NCBI RefSeq assembly: GCF_006345805.1
Contig: NC_043007.1
Span: forward strand, 35,774,001-35,838,000
DNA from: Octopus sinensis
Lineage: Eukaryota
Direction: 5' to 3'
DNA: 64,000 nt
The notes under the pieces are model-generated. The model did no database searches, was not told where the DNA came from, and saw only the letters and a list, made by a program, of their open reading frames with translations. The position numbers were made by a program, and so were the translations under genes. Below, one piece after another: positions 39,842-51,699 of this stretch. Position 1 is the stretch's first letter. Each line of letters begins with the position of its first letter.

Positions 39842-40055
39842 CCCTTTCGTTTCCAACCCGGCTGAAACTGGCTTTGAGTACAAATGTTTTGTCTTCATAA
39901 GTTTTTAATTAAAATTTTCTACCAAACCTTAGTCACACTTTATGTTCCTAATGCCAGCTGAATGATAACTAAGTTTTTTAATTAAATTCTTTGTTATATT
40001 TAAAGTAATTCAAAGAAGCACAGAGCATCTCAAAATAAATACAGTAATGAAGGGG
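39842..40055. mobile_element. piggyBac-type MITE, family A
   Basis: ttaa|ccctttcgtt ... gtaatgaagggg|ttaa, inserted at the RTE tail. Confidence 0.8.
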
Positions 40056-40088
40056 TTAAGTGATGATGATGATAATGATGATCGTTTA

Positions 40089-41384
40089 CGAGGGGCGTTC
40101 AATAAGTAACGCCCCTGACCCACTTCCCATAGCAGTAGAGCAACGAAACTTGGCACAGTTATTAGTCTTTTTCTACATAGGAACCACTCAGAGTTACACA
40201 TTTCTCCCATCGTTTGATGCAACTCTGGAGACCGTTGTTGTAGAAGACCCCAGCTTGGTCCTCCAACCACGACGTGACTTCAGAAATCAAGGCTGCATCA
40301 TCTGGGAAACGCTTTCCTTTCAAAAACAACTTCATGGCTAGGAAGAGGTGAAAATCAGAGGGTGCAAGGTCAGGAGAGTAGGGGGATGGGGGAGGAGTTC
40401 ATAGCCGCACGCCTGTGCTTCTGATCTGGCGACAAGCGAGTCGTAGACCGGAGTGTTGTCCTGCAGGAGGAGGATGCCTTTGCTGATCTTGCCCCGCCTC
40501 TTGATTTTGATAGCTTCTCTTAATTTCCTCAAAAGTGAAGCATAATAGGCTCCTGTAATTGTGGTACCCTTTGCCAGGAAATCTGTCATCACTACTCTGT
40601 CCTGGTCCCAGAAGACTGTGAGCATGACCTTGCCAGCGGAGGGCTGCACCCTTGCCTTCTTTGGAGAAGGTGAGTCACGGAGCTTCCACTGCATTGACTG
40701 GGCTTTGGTCTCTGGATCATAGTGATGGACCCAGGTTTCATCCTGTGTAATCAGTCTTTTGAAAAATTTTGACTCATCTTCTTGGCACATCTCCAAATTC
40801 ATCCTCGAGCACTCAATGCGTTCTTGCTTCTGGAAAGGTGTGAGCAACCTGGGAATCCATCTGGCAGACACCTTTTGCATATGCAAATGGTCATGAATGA
40901 TAGTTGCCACAGACCCGGTACTAAACTTGACCTCATGGGCTATTTGGCGAATAGTTATGCGTCGATTTTCCAAAATGGCAGCCTCAACTTGACGGACAGA
41001 TGCCTCATCAATGCCAGAAGGGGGGGGGGCGACCAGATCTGGGAGCTGTTTCCACAGAGTTCCAACCATGTTTGAATTCACGATGCCAGCGTTTTACAAG
41101 GTCATATGATGGGGCATCATCACCATAAGTTACTTTCATTTCATCAAAAGTCTCCCGTGGTGTGCGTCCTTTCAAATACAAAAACCGGATCACTGCTCGA
41201 CACTCAACAGGCTCCATTTCACACTTGACTCAGTTCAAACACCTGTATATCAGACACCACAATTAATTCAGAGCTGTAATTTGCCACTTAATCTATAGAG
41301 ATATAAATAATTGCACATGTAAATTTTCAGCTAGATCAAACAACTGCAAGTGGGTTAGAGGCATTACTTATTGAACGTCCCTCA
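40089..41384 (-). mobile_element. Full-length mariner (D,D34D) DNA transposon with frameshifted transposase
   Basis: ~37-bp imperfect TIRs (cgaggggcgttcaataagtaa.../...ttacttattgaacgtccctca), TA on both sides, ~1.3 kb. Transposase 41217-40162 has WIPRLL, QDETW, QDN and YSPDLAPSD motifs, with frameshifts near 41020 (poly-G) and 40380. Confidence 0.95.
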
Positions 41385-43154
41385 TATGCCACCCTTGGAA
41401 ATTTAACTTTAATAGTGCTAGTAAATCAAAATGAAGAATTTAAGCTGTGTAAGATGCCAGCTTGCATGCACAGCTCAAGACACAGATACTGTAAAGTGCT
41501 GACACGTCAATAATAACAATACTCCAAATATAAAATTTTCTTTATTCCATTTAACAGGAGAATATCACATATAATGCAAAATTTGAGAATATATGTGTCT
41601 CTTTCCCCACTAATATATACTACCCACCACCATCAGCATTATTATCATCATCATCTTCATCATCAGCATTTAACGTGTTTTCCATGCTTGCATGAGTTGG
41701 GGATGGTTTGACAACTGATGAGCCAACATGGCTGCAGTCTCACAACTTCAGTAATAAATCAACCAATAAACAATAAAGTCAATTTCAGCAACCAAACCTA
41801 TGAAGGTGGTGCCTCAATATTGTTGCAGTGTCTATTCACTGAAATGAATATAAGAAGTACTAAATTGTTTTTCCCAGGCAATGCATGACTTTTACTTCCA
41901 AAATAGACTTCAAGCAGCTTTCCATCTTCCTCTGAGTTTTTGTATTTTACCCATCAGTAGGTCACTGTGCATCTATTTTCATGTCTGTGGAGCTCATCCA
42001 AAAATACCTTCTTTCCTTGCCTTCTCACAAAACTACATGTGTCTCTATATTTCTTGCAACTAAATCTCATTCTTTTCTATTGTTCCCATCACTACTGCGG
42101 CCATGCTGGAGCACCACCTTAAAGGGTTTTTAGTCAGAGAAATTGACCCTAGGACTTATTCTATGTAAGCCTAGTACTTATTCTATCAGTCTCTTTTGCA
42201 GAACCGCTAAGTTACAGGGGGGTAAATACACCAACATTGATTGTCAAGCAATGGTAGGGGTACAAACACTGACACAAAAACATACACACATAAATATATA
42301 CATACAGGCTTCTTTCAGTTTCCATCTACCAAATCCACTCACCAGGCTATAGCAGAAGACACTTGCCCAAGGTGCCATGCAGTAGAACTGAACCCAGAAT
42401 CATGTGGTTGGGAAGCAAGCTTCTTACCACATGGCCATGCCTAGCTGTTTTTATTTTACTATAGACCCTCTTTATATTTTGACTGGTGATGGAATCAGTT
42501 GCCAAAGAGGCCATAATTATGTTGATAGTGATTATGGTTGTAGTAGTAGTAGTAGTAGTAGTATTTGTAGTTGTTTTTATAAAGTTCAACTGACCTGTGG
42601 CTAAAACAGTATTCAAGCTGGTGCATTTGTTTATTGTCATATTGCTGTTTTTGAAGATACAAGTATGGTGGTGTGGTTGAGAAGCTTATTTCCAAACCAC
42701 GTATATTTAGATTCAGTTCCAACACAGTTCTGGATAGAAAGTATCAAATGCTACTGATGGGGCATGAACTCATCTCTTCTGTAAGCATAACAGATGTTCT
42801 ACCATTATACCAAATCAATCTTTCAAGTCTTTGTTCTTACCAGCAAGGATTACATGTTGTTTATTCCACAAAAGTTTAGAAACTTTGAGAGATATGAAAA
42901 TATATTTTCATAAAAGTTTTGAAGAGACAAATTTCTTGTGAAATAAATAAGATATAAATAAATATATACATGAGCTTCTTCCAGTTTCTGTCTACCAAAC
43001 CCACACACAAGGCTTTGGTTAGCCTGGGGTAATAGTAGAGGACACTTACGCAAGGTGCCTCGTGGTTACAAAGTAAGCTTAACTGCACAACTATGCATGC
43101 ACACACACACACATATATAGATATAGATAGATAGAGCCTATTCTATATATATAA

Positions 43155-43663
43155 GAACCTACTTCCAGTTGTAACTGTCGAGACCCTGGAACCTGCCTAC
43201 TTGACCAGGGGTGCATGACTAAATCTGTCACATATGAGTCAGAGGTTACAGCAACACTAGATGATAACATAACCAAAAAGAGCTACATTGGGCTAAGTGA
43301 AGGTGACTTCAAAAATCGCTATACTAACCATATATCTTCAGGGACAGGGACAAAAGGACACTGAGCTAACTAGTCACATATGGTGTTTGAAGTCTAACGT
43401 CACACCACATACAATCAAGTGGAAAATAGTTCAAAAGTCTACACCATATGTCAATAGATAAACAAAATGTAAGCCATACATAGCTGAAAGAACACAGATA
43501 TTTTTCAGATTTAAGAACTCCACTGCACTGCTGAATCCCAGATCTGAAATTTTCAGCAGATGTAAACATGGATAAATTCCTATTGATGAATTGGAAAATA
43601 CAACCCTCTCTGAATTGAGTAGCAGTACTACAGACTCTTGGCCCCTATCCATTAAGTCATATG

Positions 43664-43665
<2 letters not shown>
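43155..43665 (+). mobile_element. Decayed Penelope-like element 3' part: C-terminal GIY-YIG endonuclease
   Basis: Manual translation: CNCRDPGTCLLDQGCMTKSVTYESEV...KKSYIGLSEGDFKNRYTNH, frameshift, TELTSHIWCLK...IKWKIV...LLNPRSEIFSRCKH. (TA)n on both sides. Confidence 0.85.
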
Positions 43666-43701
<36 letters not shown>

Positions 43702-43886
43702 ACAGGTTTTAATGCAGTTACCATCTACCAAATTCACTCATGAGGCATTGGCTGGTCTGGGGCTATAGCAGAAGACAGCCCAAGGTGACACACAATGGGA
43801 CTGAACCCAAGCATGTGGTTGCAAAGTCAGTTTCTTAACCACATAATTATGCTTGTGCCCACCATATTATCAACTGTATTTATTTT

Positions 43887-44200
43887 CATTATTTACATTT
43901 GATGGATATTTCTCCTCATGTTGTATGCCCATGGGCATATGGCATAGTGGTTAAGAGTGCGGGCTACTAACCCCAAGATTCCGAGTTCTATTCCAAGGAG
44001 TGACCTGAATAATAATAATAATAATATCGAAAAATACCTTAGGAATGAGAACCCAGATTAAAAATTTCCCCAAGACACCTGATGAAGGCTGGAGGGTATA
44101 TCAGCTGAAACGTTGTGTTAACAACAAACAAGATGAGGACAAATATCCATCAAATGTAAATAATGTACATAATTCCTCGTCTCTTAAATATAGAACTGTA
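43887..44200 (+). mobile_element. tRNA-headed SINE carrying a hammerhead ribozyme and PLE-like tail, with inverted 5' copy of the tail
   Basis: A box tggcatagtgg (43940), B box gagttctattcc (43983), (AAT)n, hammerhead 44074-44119; 43887-43924 is the reverse complement of 44128-44165; 12-bp direct repeat tgtatttatttt at 43875 and 44201. Confidence 0.8.
44074..44119 (+). ncRNA. Minimal type I hammerhead ribozyme
   Basis: gacac-CTGATGA-a-ggctgg/tcagct stem II-GAAA-cg-TT|gtgtt; stem I gacac/gtgtt; loopless palindromic stem III (ACGT); GUU site. Confidence 0.8.
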
Positions 44201-45255
44201 TGTATTTATTTTGACCCAGAAGAGCTGTGAAAATCCTGAACACTTCCCTTGTCATCTGACAAAGCCATAATACAGGAAAGTACTGCTGTTACATCCCACA
44301 GGCATCTTTGACCCCATCCAAAAAAGATCACTTAATTTAGTGGATTTGAATGAAATCCTTCTGAAACTGGACTTGGGATTCATTCTTCTGGTGTGGTGGT
44401 CAGTAAGAAATAAAGCAGCTGTCAAGAGTTGGAGGCATTTTCCTTGTTTGTTCCTTCACCCATATTGTGGACCTGTGCCTCAGTTAAAAATCACCACCAC
44501 CATCATCATCATTATTATCATAATTCTTATCAGAGCACCAGATAAAGTGCTTTGCAATATTTGATTACGGCTTTTTATATTACAAGTTCAAATTTCACCT
44601 AGGTCAACATTGCTTTTCATCTTTACTGGTCTTGTGCCTAGAGCTGGCAAAATTGTTAGAATCATCATTTAACGTCCATTTTCCATGCTAGCAGGGGTTG
44701 GACGGGAAAAACGGGAAGTTGGAGAATCCGGGCAACTTCCCGTCCAACCCATGCTAGCATGGAAAATATCTTGCAGTATTTCTTGTGGCTTTTAACATTT
44801 TGGATTCTATTCCTGCTGAGGTCAACTTGGTCTTTCATCCATCATACCAATCAATTACAAATACACTCCAGCCCCTAACCCCTAGACATAGCCACTACCC
44901 TAATGGCTTCTTTACTATGCTGTTTGGTTTTTTGTTACCTCCATTCAGACACACTCAACTCACTTACCTCTCCTTCACTTATCTTCCAGTACCTACTACG
45001 ACCCCTACATAATCCACTATGCAGTTACTTCTTCCCAAAATTCCAGCAGCATGGAATTCGTTCCTTCAGCATGTCTGCCTTTCTGTTGTTGATTTCAAGA
45101 AAAAATGCTGACAGAAAATTCACTATTCCTGAGAACTAGTGAGAGCTATGGACACAGCTCCTTTCTGCAGACCAAAATAAAGAAAGAAAAACACACACAC
45201 TTACAAAATGAGAGAGGACAACTGTCTCCATCAAATGAGCTTTTTCTGTAATAAA

Positions 45256-45623
45256 TCTCACTATATATAAATGGCAAAATGTCTGTCTGTGTGTGTGTCC
45301 ATTATACAAATCCACAATTTTTCAGTTAGAGGGCTCGCACTTTCTATGGTCATTCAAAACCGTCCAAGGGTGGTCATGAACATCTTAACATTTCCCCAGT
45401 CACCCCCGCAAAGCCATTAAAAATCAATAGAAGTGACTTTTTTGTGAATTTTCTATCCAAAACCCAATCAAAATGCCCGAAACTTGATACGCCAATTGAA
45501 TGACAGCTAGCTGTATGTGATTAGTCGGAGATTTGGACAGTACTCGCGTGTATGTGTGCAAGCACGTAGCTGTATATGCATGCACTAGCACTATGACCTG
45601 GCGTTGCCGGGTCATAGTGCTAG
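45256..45623 (+). mobile_element. Non-autonomous Helitron
   Basis: a|tctcactatatataaa start; gccgggtcatagtgCTAG|t end. Confidence 0.65.
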
Positions 45624-46964
45624 TCTTTAATATTCTCTCAACTACTGTTCTTGTGGCAATAATTATCATTACTATTGAGTGGGAAAGCAGCAGATACCAT
45701 CAAACTGATGCTGGGGTACAAATATATGAAACCCAATACACCCATCATGACTACTTGTCTGATTAGTGTACACCAGGTACATGCATCACGATACACATGT
45801 GCAACATGGTGACCTCATATCAAGATAAACAGCACAAGACCTTGCAGGTGGAGGCTCATTTAGAATTTTCTTCAGTTCAAGTAGCCAACAACACTCAAAA
45901 GGTCCCTGAATAAGTATGGTGAACACAACACTCATGTTTACAGGGGTGAATTATTCAAACGCAAATAATCCCTTTCAATACATACACGTAACTATGATGC
46001 TCTCCCAATATTCCTGTTCATGATCAAAGATATACATATCAACAGCCACTAAGGCACATGCTCAACTGATTAAGGTTAAGTAACTGACAAGCAAATCTGT
46101 GGAATTGAGCAGAATATTTATAATAGTCCATCTTTTGCACCAAGACAAACCAAGATATACATGTTAACATTTCCAATCAGTTGAGATCAGTAACCATGAA
46201 AGTCACAGCCTGGTATTGTATCAGAGCATTTATCATCCTCATCATCATCCAACCATCTTCTCCACCCCACTATTCCTGGAAGGGTCCCAGGTACCTTCTC
46301 CAGGGTGTCCTATCAGAAGTTAACTATCATTACACTTTTTGGCTAGATTCCTTCGTGTGACTGACTGTGGGATATTATCCAATCATAATCTACCCCTAAG
46401 TCTCCTGTCAGTTAATCATCATCATCATCGTTTAGCGTCCGCTTTCCATGCTAGCATGGGTTGGACGGTTCAACTGGGATCTGGGAAGCCAGAAGGCTGC
46501 ACCAGGCCCAGTCTGATCTGGCAATGTTTCTACGGCTGGATGCCCTTCCTAACGCCAACCACTCAGTGAGTGTAGTGGGTGCTTTTTATGTGCCAGATGA
46601 GGCTGGCAAATGGCCACGATCAGATGGTGCTTTTTACGTGCCACCGGCACGAGGCCAGTTAATATATTTTTTAAAAACTTATTAAAAAAAACAAAGAAAA
46701 AAACAAGAAAGAACATTTACATTTTAAGAAAAAAGTATTTATTTATTTATTTTTTGCATTGATGAGATCTTTCAAACCCTGCATTGAAATTGCAACTTGC
46801 CGGACTTGAGCAAAGACTCCACCAACGATCATCACCACCGCCGTCACCATCAACATCTCTTGTTGTTAGTCATCTACTTAAACTGCACTGCAATGAACAA
46901 GGTATGCACCTCCAGCTTCAAGACCATTTCATTTTATCTACCTCGATGTAATTCAGCATTAAAC

Positions 46965-47200
46965 TTTAACCTTTTAGCATTCAGATTATTCTGTCGAATG
47001 TAATACTTAATTTATTCACATTTGTTTTGAATTAATCATGCCATTATCTCATAGCTTTGAGATTTCGATGGTGTGATAGTTTATTTTTAGACTGAAATAA
47101 TAAGGTAGGCATAAGAGGCCAGATGTGGCCAACTTGAACATAAAACAGGTCAAATATTTTGGCTGGATATGGCCAGTTTAAAAGTCAATGCTAAAGGGTT
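46965..47200. mobile_element. TTAA-type MITE, family B (other copies ~8325-8913, ~27010-27236, ~59537-60030)
   Basis: ttaaccttttagcatt ... aatgctaaagggtt inverted termini and shared interior. Confidence 0.6.
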
Positions 47201-47442
47201 GATATATATATATATATATATAATCATGTCAAAGGGAAATGGAATTTAATTAAAGTTAAAACATTCAATCAAAATTTACATTTCCAGTGGTCTAACGTGC
47301 AAAAAAAATTAGTCAAGAAGACTATATATTAGTCATACGATATAGTGTATATTTATACACATAAGGAATCCGCTTGAAGGGAATTCAACACATTAGAAAG
47401 AAAAGCTCAAGTGGATTCCTCATGTGTATAAATATACACTAT

Positions 47443-47491
<49 letters not shown>

Positions 47492-49721
47492 CTCCAAGAA
47501 AGTTAGAGGTTGTGAATCCAACCCACTAAGGGATAATATCTATCCAATATACTGCTGGTAGAATACCCAATTATTAATACACAAGTGTTTTTTATTGCAT
47601 TGCAATTACATTACCCAGTGTACTAAATGGGTGAAGGTAAAGAGATATTTTACCATTAATTTATATAGCAATAAGAAAATGAAGGGGATCAATAGGTGGT
47701 TCATCAACTTTTAGACATTATATTATGTTAACTTATTTATTTATTTACTAAACTGATAATTACAATAATATACATACATACAAGATATAAAATATAGTAA
47801 TATATAAGGATACCAGTAATAGTAAATAAATAAGTTAACATAATATGTCTAAAAGTTGATGAACCACCTATTGATCTCCTCCATTTTCTTATTGCTATAT
47901 ATATATACATATATATATATATATGAGAGAGAGAGAGATACCTTGTTTCAACATTTGCATGTAATAACATGTAGCCACATGTTATTACCATATATGGTAA
48001 ATGATGCAGCTGGGCATCATAATTTCTAAGGGAGATAAACCACTCATCCAACCAGTTCCAGTTTCCTCTGTTCTGGTCTAGTCTGAAGCCAGTCTCATCC
48101 ACTGTTTCGGACAATTTTTTTTCTTTTTTTTTTTTATGTCAGTTCATTTCATAAATACTCTGGATAAGCAACGCTTAGCTTAAACCCCGCTCCAAGTACA
48201 ATATATATATTCATTTGTAGTACATAATAATTATTAAATTACACAGGTCTTTATGTGAGTATTTGTAAAAGTGTAACAAAATGGCTTTGTTCTACACAGA
48301 ACAAATGGTTTAAAATAAAATATCAATTGAAAACAGACACAAAGAAAATTCATAAGGAAAGAAAGAAAGGAAGAACATAAACTGTTAACTCCTTTAATCA
48401 AAAATAGCAAGATCAGTGACGAAGAGAAAAAATTGGTCAGCACTAACTTTTGATTTTCATGTATATTTTATATCAGAATCCTTATTTCGTTTTGGAAATG
48501 CTTAAAAACCTGAATACGAGATCAATTGCTGCTGTCTCCACAAGAAAAAATTTTGATTTAATGACTACTGCTGTTATCGTTGTTTGCTCTAACTTCCCTT
48601 ATTCACATTTGAGCACAGTATATTACTCAGTTTTGCTCCAGCCTGCCCACAAAACAAACAAAATAAAAGCAAGTTCTATTCCTATTTTCAGAGTCTGGTA
48701 ATTTAGTAGCAGGAATGGCAAATTTCAGAAAAATCAAGTTATTTCAATAAGTGAACGTTACCTATGTAAAGACAGAAAAAAAAAAGGGGAGGGTGGTGCA
48801 TATACATATATATATATACTTTTAAATTGGTTTAGTCAGTCTTCCTTGTGGGCTACATAAGGTACCCACCAACAACCTTGTGTACCCACAGGCGAAACTC
48901 AGAGTAGCAAGAGACTCAACTAAATTTAAAATATTATTAATCTCTACCATGGTACCAAGTATTCTTTTCAACACTAAATGGATAGGTATGTATTTATTTA
49001 TTTTCATCTTGCTGTTATGTTAATGAATACGTAAAGAATCCAGCTTCGTCAACAATTAATATAATAACCTTAAGATATAATTTACTATAAAAATTAAAAA
49101 AACAAACAAAAAAACCAGCTAAAGGCTGATACTAGAAGATGGCTTGGGTAGGCTTGCCAATGCTCATCACAATTTTAAGGGAAGGGAGCTAGTTGATAAC
49201 ACTGACCCCCAGTACTTAACTGATACTCCATTTGATTGATTTTCTAAGAATAAAACTCAAAGCTGCCCCCCAAAAGAACTTGGAACTCAAAACGTAACGA
49301 GTCAGGAGAAATGCCGCATTTTTACCAACGCTAACAATTCTGCTAGCTCACTGCCCTAATGATGATGATGATGATAGATGCTTTTATATTTGGAGCAACA
49401 CCTACTTCTCCCTGAGAAGGGGTTTAACTGGAGACTTTGAAGCTCAGCACTGCAGCACATCACTAAAACACTCATGCATTTGCTGTGTCCCTCTTCTCTT
49501 TACATTTACGCTCAAAAGGAGCTGGGTTTGCTAAGACCTTTTGAGACCACTCCAAGTTCTATCATAAAAATTCCATCTTAACCCTTTTTGTTATCAACCC
49601 AGCAGTTAGAGATGATTACACAGGTGGAACTAAAACTAAGAGTACTGCTCAGTCATAATCCATACCTACATCTCAGGATATGTATTTACAGATAGGTAAA
49701 TTGAATCAATTGAGAGTTTAA

Positions 49722-49925
49722 CCCTTTCATTACCAACTCGGCTGAAACCGGCTCTGACTCCGAGTACAAATGTCTTGTTTCCATAAAAATCTTCCACCAA
49801 ACCTTAGTCACAATTTATATTAACACTAGCTGAATGATAACTAAGTTATTTTACAAAATTCTTTGTTATATAAAGTAATTGAATAAAACACAGAGCATCT
49901 CAAAATAAAGACAGTAACGAAAGGG
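49722..49925. mobile_element. piggyBac-type MITE, family A
   Basis: ttaa|ccctttcattac ... gtaacgaaaggg|ttaa. Confidence 0.8.
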
Positions 49926-50781
49926 TTAAAGTGATCTAAACTAAAATCTTCCATCAAAATTTCGGGTTAATTTATGTTCCAAACATCCACTTATTGATGA
50001 AAAATTGTCTTGCTAAATTCATAAAGTTTCAAAAATCTATTGAAACAAAAGGCAGTGTATTTCAACAAAAACATCCTAGTTATGTGATTTAGCTTCCTGG
50101 TCTTCCCATTATGTTCAAATAAACCGCTTTCAAACTAACCCACCTGAAACCACCCGTGGTTCAATGATACAAATTCAATTTGAAAATAATCTTAACTAAA
50201 ACCTCCCGTCAAAATTTCATGCTGGCGTTCCAGACATTAGCATGAAATAATGACAAAATTATTTAACTAAATTCTTTATTTTCAAAATTAATTCAAATAC
50301 ATGGTAACAAAAGTGCTAAAAAAACATTGGTCCCCTTCCAGGCTATTTCTGATAATGACTGTGACCAGAAGATAGAAGGGCCTGTTTAAAGCAGCAAGTC
50401 AATTCAACTGTACATAACTCAGAGCTAGGTGGAGTAAGCTTTTGAAATCCAATGATCCATGCCACAGATGATGTCTATCGCTGATGCCACATTATATTAA
50501 CATTTTCAGCTGATTGCTTTTAAACCAAGTCATGGAAAAAGACCATCATACCAAAAAATGAAAACTGAATAACCATGGATGAATGGGAGAGGTTAACTCC
50601 CTGTTGCCGCCCCAGATCTAACATCCTCTGCAGCCTTAGGATTAGTAAATAACCTCAACTGAAAAGTGGCCTTCCCCTTGGTGAATTTGGTGGTGGTTTC
50701 TGATAATAGCACAAGGTTATATAACTTGAACAATAGATTGAATCTTTACATACTATCATCAATTCATTTTGTTTAGTTTAA

Positions 50782-50992
50782 CCCTTTTGTTACCAACCCG
50801 GCTCTGGCTCTTTAGTATAAATGTCTTGTTTCCATAAGTCTTGAATTCAAATCTTCCACTAAATCTTAGTCCCAATTTATGTTCCTAACTCTAGCTTAAT
50901 GATAACGATGTTATTTTACTAAATTCTTTGTTATATTTAAAATAATTGGAAGAAACACAGAGCATCTCAAAATAAATACAGTAACGAAAGGG
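50782..50992. mobile_element. piggyBac-type MITE, family A
   Basis: ttaa|cccttttgttac ... gtaacgaaaggg|ttaa. Confidence 0.8.
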
Positions 50993-51699
50993 TTAATGTG
51001 TTTTTATTTACTTTTTTCCATATTGGCAAGACCCAGACGGGAGAAACTTGAAGCAGGATTTTACAGCTGGATGATTTCCCTATCATGAACCTTTGTTTTC
51101 AAGGGATGATTTATCATCATTATCCTTATTCCAGAAGAACTGGAAAGTACAGAGCCAGCAGATGAGTTATTGACCGTAAATATAAACAAATATCACTGAT
51201 GTAGCTCAGTGTAGATTTGTGAACATTCACATACACATACAATATATACATATATATATATGACGGGCTTCTTTCTGTTTCTATTTGCCAAATTTCCTCA
51301 CAAAGCCTCTGCCGGATTTGTTGGCCTGCAGCAAATAGTTGAAGACACTTGCCCATGGTGCTGCATGTACAGTGAGATTGAACCCAAAATCACATGATTG
51401 AAAAACAAATTTCTTCACCACACAGCTATGCTTGCACCTTATATGAATAATATTTATTTTATCGGCTTTGGTAGGGTTTGAATTCAGAAATTCTAATGAT
51501 GATGACAATGATGATAACAATACTATAATTATTTACAGATATATATATTGTCTTTGAAGTCGTTCAGTCTGTGTTTGTTGCACATGAAAGATGTGTGATT
51601 AAATTAAATTCAATGAAATATGATTTTTACAAGTTGTATCAATTTACTTTTTACACTTGCACAAACATTCTACAACTCAACCAGTCTCTAATGATAATA

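Noticed and set aside
41712-41745. ctgatga followed by a gcc/ggc hairpin
   Set aside because: No GAAA or stem III follows.
43933-44005. tRNA gene candidate
   Set aside because: Acceptor stem does not pair and the sequence continues into a repeat body; it is a SINE head. The same applies to other tRNA-like heads in the window.
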